Of a stretch of DNA of 32,000 nt, positions 25,052-31,716 are shown one piece after another; the first letter of the stretch is position 1, and each line of letters starts with the position of its first letter. The notes below the pieces were generated by a model that was given only the letters and a program-made list of their open reading frames with translations, searched no databases and had not been told where the DNA came from. The position numbers and the translations under genes are program-made. The stretch is from Erysipelotrichaceae bacterium MTC7 (GTDB taxonomy: Bacteria; Bacillota_I; Bacilli_A; Erysipelotrichales; Erysipelotrichaceae): the NCBI GenBank assembly GCA_001695645.1, contig LVZN01000015.1, positions 1-32,000 of the forward strand, written 5' to 3'.

Positions 25052-25978
25052 CTAGTCAGCAAACAATGCAGTTGATAAGTAACGTTCCGCGTTATCTGCT
25101 TGAATCACAACGATTGTCTTTCCTTTGAATGCATCTTCTTGTGATAGCTGTAAGGCTGCACTCATTGCAGCACCTGAACTAATTCCTACAGGAATTCCTT
25201 CTTTTTGCATCATCAAGCGTGCCGTTTGTAAAGCATCATCGTCTGTAACTTGAACAATTCGATCCACGACATTAGATGCATAAACATCAGGAATGAAACC
25301 TGCACTAATTCCTTGGATTTTATGTGGACCTGGTTTACCACCTGACAATACAGGTGAAGCTGCTGCCTCAACGGCAATCATCTTTAACGTAGGATTTTTT
25401 TCTTTTAATTTCTTACCGATTCCAGAAATGGTACCACCAGTACCAACTGCTGATACAACCACATCAACTGTACCATCAGTATCACGCCAGATTTCTTCAG
25501 CCGTGTGTTGATAGTGTGCATCTGGATTTGCGTTGTTTTCAAATTGTTGCAACAAGAAATAGTTGTCATGTTCAGCAACTAGTTTATCTGCAGTCTCAAT
25601 TGATTCACGCATACCACCTGCAGCGCTTGTCAAAATCAACTCTGCTCCGTATCCTTGAATCATTTTACGACGTTCCATACTCATTGTTTCTGGCATAACG
25701 ATGATGATTTTCATCCCTAAGGATGCTGCCACCATCGATAAACCAATTCCCGTGTTTCCACTTGTTGGTTCAACTAGTACAGAGTCTTTTGTGATAGTTC
25801 CACTTTCTAGTGCATCTTTAATCATATTGTAAGCAATGCGGTCCTTTACACTTCCTCCTGGATTTAAATACTCAAGTTTTGCGTAAATATCTGCCTGTCC
25901 TTTTTCATTTAAGCGATTCACTTTTACGAGTGGTGTATTTCCGATTAATTCTACGATGTGTTCATGTAATTGTTTCAT
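25052..25978 (-). CDS. cysK: Cysteine synthase A (O-acetylserine sulfhydrylase)
   Basis: PLP-Lys motif NPGGSVKDR, plus TSGNTG and GTGGTISG. I prefer the start at the ATG at 25978, 7-8 nt after AAGGAGA. The upstream in-frame ATGs are too close to the SD or lack one. Confidence 0.95.
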   Translation of the reverse strand: MKQLHEHIVELIGNTPLVKVNRLNEKGQADIYAKLEYLNPGGSVKDRIAYNMIKDALESGTITKDSVLVEPTSGNTGIGLSMVAASLGMKIIIVMPETMSMERRKMIQGYGAELILTSAAGGMRESIETADKLVAEHDNYFLLQQFENNANPDAHYQHTAEEIWRDTDGTVDVVVSAVGTGGTISGIGKKLKEKNPTLKMIAVEAAASPVLSGGKPGPHKIQGISAGFIPDVYASNVVDRIVQVTDDDALQTARLMMQKEGIPVGISSGAAMSAALQLSQEDAFKGKTIVVIQADNAERYLSTALFAD

Positions 25979-26040
25979 TTTCATTCTCCTTGCCATTACC
26001 GGCTCTTCCTTCACAATTGTATATATAGTTGTTTATTATT

Positions 26041-26067
26041 TTACTGTCTTTGCTTTCTACAACACAT
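26041..26067 (-). promoter_or_regulatory. Candidate leader peptide uORF MCCRKQRQ in the cysK leader
   Basis: Minus strand: AAGGGAGGAtatcct ATG TGT TGT AGA AAG CAA AGA CAG TAA. The SD is strong and about 7 nt from the ATG. Codons 2 and 3 are both Cys. The stop lies 62 nt upstream of the cysK ATG. Confidence 0.4.
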
Positions 26068-26125
26068 AGGATATCCTCCCTTGTATAATATCGTTCACAT
26101 ACATGTGATATATGTATTATATGAT

Positions 26126-26153
26126 ATTATAGCTTATTTCCGCCAAAATGCAA
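26126..26153 (-). promoter_or_regulatory. Candidate sigma-A promoter for the cysK leader
   Basis: Minus strand: TTGCAT (26153-26148), 16-nt spacer, TATAAT (26131-26126). It lies at the decayed end of the IS66 tnpB remnant. Confidence 0.5.
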
Positions 26154-26390
26154 CAGCTTTGCTTTCGTAAACATCTTTGAAGTATTTGAAAATAACCAAA
26201 ATTCGTTCAGACCCCAATAGAGAACTCTAATTTTGTCCTTAGTGCTATTACAGAAGATAAACAAAGAATTCGAAAAGGCATTCTGCTTAAATTCGCTGCT
26301 TACTAAGTTTGCATAACCATCAAAGCCTTTCCTTAAATCAGTTGCACCTTTTGCAATATAAACATGTTCAACTTTATTTATATCAATCAT
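26127..26390 (-). pseudogene. tnpB: IS66 Orf2 (TnpB accessory protein), C-terminally degenerate
   Basis: VYIAKGATDLRKGFDGYANLV...FSNSLFIFCNSTKDKIRVLYWGLNEFWLF matches the conserved IS66 TnpB core. The last ~20 residues no longer resemble the family, and the ORF is shorter than the usual ~115 aa. Confidence 0.7.
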
Positions 26391-26656
26391 TGTAAGGCCT
26401 CTATCAAAGTTCTCAATTGGTCAGTATCTACTTCGATAGGCACGCCACGTATTTTCAAGGCAACAGCAGTTGGTTGATCAACAACCACTTGCATTTCTTC
26501 AAACGTTTCCTTTTCATCCTTACTAAGCAGTCGACGATATTTGTAGTACTGGCTTGGTTGAATCTTGTGTAATGCAAAATACTCACTATTCCTTAAACCA
26601 CTTGATTCACATTCGCTGATGATTTCTTGCCATTATATCATTGTCGATTCTTTCAA
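26387..26656 (-). pseudogene. tnpA: IS66 Orf1 (TnpA accessory protein) with an in-frame stop at codon 8
   Basis: AGGAGG, 9 nt, then TTG AAA GAA TCG ACA ATG ATA TAA TGG CAA GAA ATC ATC AGC GAA TGT... The continuation WQEIISECESSGLRNSEYFALHKIQPSQYYKYRRLL is typical IS66 TnpA (HTH). The TAA at 26635-26633 interrupts it. Confidence 0.7.
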
Positions 26657-26972
26657 AATAAGGTACCTCCTGTTTATAGAGATACCTTAACATTTAAAAT
26701 ATACGATGAACATCCGCCGTTTATTTTACGCTTACTGACAAAAAAGTTTATTTTTTTCAAGAATTAATAAAAAAGAAGCTATAACAGAAACGTATACAAA
26801 CTAATCTGCATTTCACTTCTTTCTCTTGTGTTTTAGGATTTTTTGTGGTCCTACTAATTCTTCCAATAACTTTTCATTTTGTTCCTTAGTTAGAATTTTA
26901 TCAGATATTTTTCCTAAATTTTTAGATGATGTTTTAACAACCTAAATACTTGCGATTTTCACATGAATCTCA

Positions 26973-27251
26973 TTATGCAACATCAAGTAAATCAAGAATT
27001 TCTTCTAACGTGACTTTTCTTCTTGGAAGATGTCCTATATTTTGTCCATTGTTATACACAACAATAGCAGGAGACTTCTTGTTTTCATCGAAATGGTCAT
27101 ATGCAATATCAAATTCTCTTTGAATATACACTTTGTATATTTTGATATCTGAACGTAACTTAGTTATATCACTTATCAATCTTTCTCTTTCATCTGATTC
27201 TGCATCCTCATGATAAAAATGTAACAATACCTTTTCTTTACTAGCAATCAC
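26973..27251 (-). CDS. Small Cys-less thioredoxin-fold-like protein (92 aa), function unknown
   Basis: By eye the pattern KVLLHFY...IKIYKVYIQ...SPAIVVYNNGQNIGHL...LEEILDLL follows the thioredoxin strand/helix order, but the CxxC position reads HEDA and the protein has no Cys. It has a GTG start with a weak SD (GAGAAA), 18 nt after the upstream ORF. Confidence 0.45.
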   Translation of the reverse strand: MIASKEKVLLHFYHEDAESDERERLISDITKLRSDIKIYKVYIQREFDIAYDHFDENKKSPAIVVYNNGQNIGHLPRRKVTLEEILDLLDVA

Positions 27252-27269
27252 TTTCTCATTAAAATTCTT

Positions 27270-28058
27270 TTAAAAAATAACATTTGGTTCTTTACTATAC
27301 ATAGCTTCTTTTATGGAATCTGTGTATTCTAATATAAGTTTTTCAGCCTCCTCCTCTGCTTCTTCTTCATCAATATTCAATATAATTTCAAAGGCATTTG
27401 TAAGTTGCTCAATTTGTAATCCATTATCATCATATATAAATCCTTTACGAGTAAATTGTGCTGCTGGTACAGAGCTATTCCACCATGTAAGAATTTCATT
27501 TAAGAAAATATTCCTATTTTCTTGATCTTTCATTATCTCTTTAAAAGAAAATTCTTCATCATCCCATTCAATCCATCCATCACCTTGTAGTATATAGCTA
27601 ACTAGCATTTTACATGTTTCTTTACTAAAGCCCCATTTCTTCAAAATTGCTACTAATGCTTCATATATTTCTATGCCTGCAGAATCCATCTTACAATGAT
27701 TCATATATTTTGTGAATACTGGTACATACTGTTCACAATCAAGTGCTAATCTACTCGCGATAATACTACCAGCCATTATTTCACTATCAACCCAAAAAAT
27801 ATTCTGATGTCCATACTCCTCCATTTTAAAAACATCTGTAATCGCATCCACTACTTCCAGTAAATACGGTTTAAGTTCTGGTAACTTTTGTGTTAAATTA
27901 TACAATTCTTGTTCATCCTCTACATCAACCATAGTCTGCTCTAACACAATTGCATAAAAATTAGCTCGTGTTTTTTCATCTGTTATATCCGGAAATTTCT
28001 TAATTTCTTTGACTAATTGTTCTATTTGTAATTTCCTTGTTTCTACCTCTTTTTGCAT
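27270..28058 (-). CDS. Hypothetical acidic, predicted all-helical protein (262 aa)
   Basis: Clean ORF with SD GAGAGGGG upstream. It has acidic runs (EEEAEEEAE, WDDEEF) and Trp-rich segments (GDGWIEW, LTWWN). I recognised no family motif. The DNA is visibly more AT-rich than neighbouring core genes. Confidence 0.6.
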   Translation of the reverse strand: MQKEVETRKLQIEQLVKEIKKFPDITDEKTRANFYAIVLEQTMVDVEDEQELYNLTQKLPELKPYLLEVVDAITDVFKMEEYGHQNIFWVDSEIMAGSIIASRLALDCEQYVPVFTKYMNHCKMDSAGIEIYEALVAILKKWGFSKETCKMLVSYILQGDGWIEWDDEEFSFKEIMKDQENRNIFLNEILTWWNSSVPAAQFTRKGFIYDDNGLQIEQLTNAFEIILNIDEEEAEEEAEKLILEYTDSIKEAMYSKEPNVIF

Positions 28059-28245
28059 ACCCTATTTCCCCTCTCTTATATCACCAACAATGTTTAATAC
28101 TTCATACACAAATTATAAAGCATTGTTAAAACTAGTGAATACTACTAACTCTATACAATTATGGTCACAATAATTATATAAATGTCAAACAAAAAAAGTG
28201 ATTCCAATCTTTTGCACAATTGGTAATAAATTTAGACATCGTTAC

Positions 28246-28285
28246 AAAAAGCAAAAGGCTAGTTATTGAATAACCAGCCTTTTGC
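28246..28285 (-). terminator. Rho-independent terminator after the amt-PII gene
   Basis: 17-nt arms GCAAAAGGCTAGTTATT (28251-28267) / AATAACCAGCCTTTTGC (28269-28285) with one mismatch, followed by UUUUU on the minus strand (28250-28246). Confidence 0.75.
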
Positions 28286-28350
28286 TTTCGACACTCGTTC
28301 ATCAGTCATATTTTTCAATTGTTTGGGGAACTCATCGAATGTTATATATA

Positions 28351-30015
28351 TTAATCTTCATATTGAAGAGCATCGACACCTTGTTCACCGGTTCTAATTT
28401 TGATTGCATCCAATACTTCGTATACGAAAATTTTTCCATCCCCGATGTTTCCTGTGTAAAGTACACGTTTTGCTGTATCTACAACAACATCAACTGGCAC
28501 TTTGGCAACGACAACTTCACACTTAATTTTAGGCAACAATTGCGTATCCACTTTAGCACCACGATAATATTCGGTTTGCCCTTTTTGGGTTCCACAACCC
28601 AAGACATCGGTTACCGTCAATCCCATAACGCCAATCGCACTCATTGCATCTTTTAAACGCTCGAAGCGTTCTGGCTGACAAATAACAACAACTTTATATA
28701 GTCCACCGCTCACTTCACTCATGCTTGTTGTGTTAATTGGTGTAGGTGTGTATGATTTATCATCTTCTTCATTCTCACTTTCGCCATCAAAAGTAAATCC
28801 TGCATAAGAAGAAACAAGTCCGTGTTCTTCCAAGTCAAGACCAACGATTTCTTCATGACGTGAAACTCGCAAACCAATCGTTTTCTTAATCACTAAGAAG
28901 ACAATTGTCATCGTACATACAACCCATGCAATAACACTTATTACACCAATACATTGTGTCATGAAGTAGTCTAGTCCACCGCCGTAGAATAGTCCACCTT
29001 CAACTGCAAATAATCCAACCATGATGGTTCCAAAAGCCCCACATCCGCCGTGTACTGCAATTGCACCAACTGGATCATCAATTTTTGCTTTATAATCCAT
29101 AAACCAAACAACGAAAATCATCACGAATCCAGCAAGACTACCAATGATAGCTGCTCCAAATGGATCCACGACATCACATCCAGCAGTAATGGCAACAAGC
29201 CCTGCTAGCGAACCATTCAAGGTCATCGATACATCCGGTTTTTTGTATTTTACCCAAGTAAAGACCATGACGACAATAGTTGCACAAGCAGCTGCTAAGT
29301 TTGTATTCACGAAGATATTTCCAGCACTAAGCATCGCTTCAGGACTACTTAATGATAAGGTTGAAGTTCCGTTAAATCCAAACCAACAGAACCAAAGAAT
29401 GAAAACCCCTAATGCACCTAACGTTAATGAGTGACCTGGAATGGCTTTAACACTTCCATCTTTACCATATTTTCCAATACGTGGTCCAAGAATTTTTGCT
29501 CCTACCAAGGCAGCAACACCACCAACCATATGTACAGCAGTTGATCCAGCGAAATCATGGAAGCCCATTTCAGCTAACCATCCGCCTCCCCAAATCCAGT
29601 GACCTGAAATTGGGTATACAACCATACTAATCATAATTGAATACAAACAGTAACTTGAGAATTTTGTTCTTTCTGCCATCGCTCCAGAAACAATCGTTGC
29701 AGCTGTTGCACAGAAGACTGTTTGGAATATGACAAAGACATACGTTGGTACATTGCTGTCATAATTTCCTTGAATAAAAAAATCTAGTTTTCCAATAAAT
29801 CCACCGATATCTTCTCCTTGCATTAAACCAAATCCAATAAACCAAAAAACAATTGTTCCTAACGCGAAGTCCATCAAGTTTTTCATAATGATGTTTCCCG
29901 CATTCTTAGCTCTTGTAAAACCTGTTTCTACCATAGCGAATCCAGCTTGCATAAAAAATACAAGTGTCGCTCCCAATAGCACCCATAAGGTATCAAGACC
30001 AGAAAATGAACCCAT
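28351..30015 (-). CDS. amt: Ammonium transporter (Amt/MEP) fused in frame to a C-terminal P-II (GlnK/NrgB-like) domain
   Basis: The Amt domain has FAGSTAVHMVGG and AIAVHGGCGAFG (twin-His pore) and FNGTS. After a ~35-aa acidic/Thr-Pro linker (nt 28806-28702), residues 441-553 (nt 28701-28354) read LYKVVVICQPERFERLKDAM...GCGTQKGQTEYYRGAKV...GDGKIFVYEVLDAIKIRTGE, which is a P-II fold with a T-loop. The start is probably the second ATG (30015), 8 nt after GGAGG. Confidence 0.9.
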   Translation of the reverse strand: MGSFSGLDTLWVLLGATLVFFMQAGFAMVETGFTRAKNAGNIIMKNLMDFALGTIVFWFIGFGLMQGEDIGGFIGKLDFFIQGNYDSNVPTYVFVIFQTVFCATAATIVSGAMAERTKFSSYCLYSIMISMVVYPISGHWIWGGGWLAEMGFHDFAGSTAVHMVGGVAALVGAKILGPRIGKYGKDGSVKAIPGHSLTLGALGVFILWFCWFGFNGTSTLSLSSPEAMLSAGNIFVNTNLAAACATIVVMVFTWVKYKKPDVSMTLNGSLAGLVAITAGCDVVDPFGAAIIGSLAGFVMIFVVWFMDYKAKIDDPVGAIAVHGGCGAFGTIMVGLFAVEGGLFYGGGLDYFMTQCIGVISVIAWVVCTMTIVFLVIKKTIGLRVSRHEEIVGLDLEEHGLVSSYAGFTFDGESENEEDDKSYTPTPINTTSMSEVSGGLYKVVVICQPERFERLKDAMSAIGVMGLTVTDVLGCGTQKGQTEYYRGAKVDTQLLPKIKCEVVVAKVPVDVVVDTAKRVLYTGNIGDGKIFVYEVLDAIKIRTGEQGVDALQYED

Positions 30016-30092
30016 ACACATTACCTCCCTCTACTAAACAAAAAAAGCGCATACTGAAGACCAGTACACACCTTTGTGTTGGTTCAAACACA

Positions 30093-30143
30093 AGCAAAAA
30101 CACAAAAGAGGCTTCATAAGTAATAAACTTACAAAGCCTCTTT
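30093..30143 (-). terminator. Rho-independent terminator after the MATE gene
   Basis: AAAGAGGCTT (30105-30114) / AAGCCTCTTT (30134-30143), extended by an inner TAAGT/ACTTA pairing. UUGUGUUUUUGCUUG follows on the minus strand. Confidence 0.65.
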
Positions 30144-30241
30144 GCTTGTATTTGAGTACATTCTACGCTTAGCCACGATGTTTGTCAACAAAAATTTTAT
30201 CAGCACAACAAATTTTATACTTTTTGTGCTCAATTTGTGGG

Positions 30242-31597
30242 TTATATCCACTGATTGTTGTTACGTTTGTAGCGAGACATAATGTAAAGGTAGACGACAA
30301 CCAGAAATGCTCCTGCCGAAATCCAAGCTGCAGGTGAGGCCAAACAAATCACTACATAACTGCTCATACCAGCACCTATGAAGCTTACAAGTAACCGTGC
30401 AACTAGTTCTACAATACCTGCACACATGGGCAGAAAGGCAAATCCCATACCTTGAATCCCACTGCGATAGGTAAAAATACAATGCAAAGGAATAAACATC
30501 AAACCAACACACCATAAGTAGGTCTCAACATAAGGTAAGATTTCACCAATCCGATCACTTACAAATAAATAGGTAATGTATTTTCCAAAGAATACAAGTA
30601 GGATTCCCACAACGATAGAGTAGCTGATTCCATAGATATTGGCAGCCCTAAAACCCTCTTTGATGCGATCCAGACGATTTGCCCCCATGTTTTGCGCACA
30701 AAAAGTCGCCATGGTTGTTCCAATGGAAACTAACATTTGTGTTGCAACTTGTTCAATTTTCACCGCAGCAGCAAAGCCAGCTGCCGGAATACTACCAAGT
30801 GCATTGATCGCACTTTGTACTGTAATTGTTCCAATTGCGGTAATCGAAAACTGTAATGCCATAGGTAAGCCAATCTTCAACTCTTTAGCAATTAAGGTGC
30901 GGTCCAAAGCCCAATGTGATTTTTTTGTATGAAACTCGGGGACACGTTTAAAAATATAAAGTAAGCAAAGCAAACCTGAAATACCTTGCGAAATAATCGT
31001 CGCTAATGCTGCACCATCGGCGCGCATGTGAAAGACAATAATAAACAATAAATCCAAACCGATATTCAAAATAGCAGCTAATACTAAAAAATATAAGGGA
31101 CGTTTACTATCGCCAATGGCCCGCAGGACCCCAGCCAACAAATTGTATAAAACTTGAAAAACGATTCCAATGCAAATAAAAAACATATAACCATAAGCAT
31201 CCGGATACATATCTTTCGGCGTGTTCATCAAGTGTAAAATATCATGTAAAAACCACAAACTAGCAAACGTTGCCACAACGGATATCACAATCGATATCAC
31301 GCAAGCCATCGCAAATGCTTTTTTGACACCTTCCGCATTGTTTGAACCATAATAGTTTGCGACAACAACACCAAAGCCACTAGTTAATCCGGTCAAAAAA
31401 CCAAGGATTAAAAAGACAATGTTCCCACAAGAGCCGACAGCAGCAAGTGCCTCATGACCAACAAACTGACCGACGATCAGCGTATCTGCTAAGTTATAAA
31501 ATTGTTGAAATAAACCGCCAAGAAAAATTGGTATTGTGAAATAGAAAATCACTTTCATCGGTTTCATTTCAAGCATATCGTTTCGTTTTTTATTCAT
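30242..31597 (-). CDS. MATE-family efflux transporter
   Basis: 451 aa with about 12 hydrophobic segments. The N-terminus IPIFLGGLFQQFYNLADTLIVGQFVGHEALAAVG is the typical MATE/NorM-type motif. Confidence 0.9.
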   Translation of the reverse strand: MNKKRNDMLEMKPMKVIFYFTIPIFLGGLFQQFYNLADTLIVGQFVGHEALAAVGSCGNIVFLILGFLTGLTSGFGVVVANYYGSNNAEGVKKAFAMACVISIVISVVATFASLWFLHDILHLMNTPKDMYPDAYGYMFFICIGIVFQVLYNLLAGVLRAIGDSKRPLYFLVLAAILNIGLDLLFIIVFHMRADGAALATIISQGISGLLCLLYIFKRVPEFHTKKSHWALDRTLIAKELKIGLPMALQFSITAIGTITVQSAINALGSIPAAGFAAAVKIEQVATQMLVSIGTTMATFCAQNMGANRLDRIKEGFRAANIYGISYSIVVGILLVFFGKYITYLFVSDRIGEILPYVETYLWCVGLMFIPLHCIFTYRSGIQGMGFAFLPMCAGIVELVARLLVSFIGAGMSSYVVICLASPAAWISAGAFLVVVYLYIMSRYKRNNNQWI

Positions 31598-31621
31598 ATT
31601 ATCACCTTAAAATCTTTCCCC

Positions 31622-31650
31622 ATTATACTTGTCTAACTCACGAGATACAA
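31622..31650 (-). promoter_or_regulatory. Candidate sigma-A promoter of the MATE gene
   Basis: Minus strand: TTGTAT (31650-31645), 17-nt spacer, TATAAT (31627-31622), about 25 nt upstream of the ATG at 31597. Confidence 0.5.
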
Positions 31651-31716
31651 TAGAAGAAGTAAAAACATTTACGGAAAACATAGAATAAATTTACGAACCG
31701 CTAAAACTAGTGCCTT

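Larger units (their letters stand above)
26127..26735 (-). mobile_element. IS66-family insertion sequence relic (left IR, tnpA pseudogene, truncated tnpB; tnpC transposase absent)
   Basis: On the minus strand the element begins GTAAGCGTAAAATAAACGG at 26735, and IS66-family inverted repeats characteristically start with GTAA(GCG). TnpA-like and TnpB-like ORFs follow, with the typical ATGA overlap at 26387-26390. No DDE (TnpC) ORF and no second inverted repeat follow. Confidence 0.75.

Noticed and set aside
26068-26077. Palindrome AGGATATCCT as a CymR operator
   Set aside because: It only partly resembles the ATMGGAATTW end of the Bacillus subtilis CymR box as I recall it, and the flanking 17 nt do not fit on either strand. 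I mention it only as context for the leader ORF.
26815-26946. 44-codon open stretch on the minus strand (VVKTSSKNLGKISDKILTKEQNEKLLEELVGPQKILKHKRKK) between the 92-aa ORF and the IS66 end
   Set aside because: It has no ATG, GTG or TTG start with an SD and is bounded upstream by TAG. It may be a gene fragment, but the sequence alone cannot support that.
28282-28656. 124-aa plus-strand ORF overlapping the P-II-encoding end of the amt gene (also 29144-29434 and 30639-30932 inside amt and MATE)
   Set aside because: They run antisense to strongly supported genes, and the first begins inside the amt terminator hairpin. None has a family resemblance.
30049-30063. Sigma-54-like element (minus strand TGGTCTtcagtATGC) with correct GG/GC spacing upstream of amt
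   Set aside because: Only the GG and GC dinucleotides match, and the flanking positions match the TGGCAC-N5-TTGC consensus poorly. No enhancer-binding-protein gene lies nearby. It is probably chance.
30075-30092. TnrA/GlnR box upstream of amt
   Set aside because: The TGT...ACA spans are 14, 16 or 18 bp, not the 17 bp of TGTNAN7TNACA. I kept it only as an unassigned palindrome in the findings.
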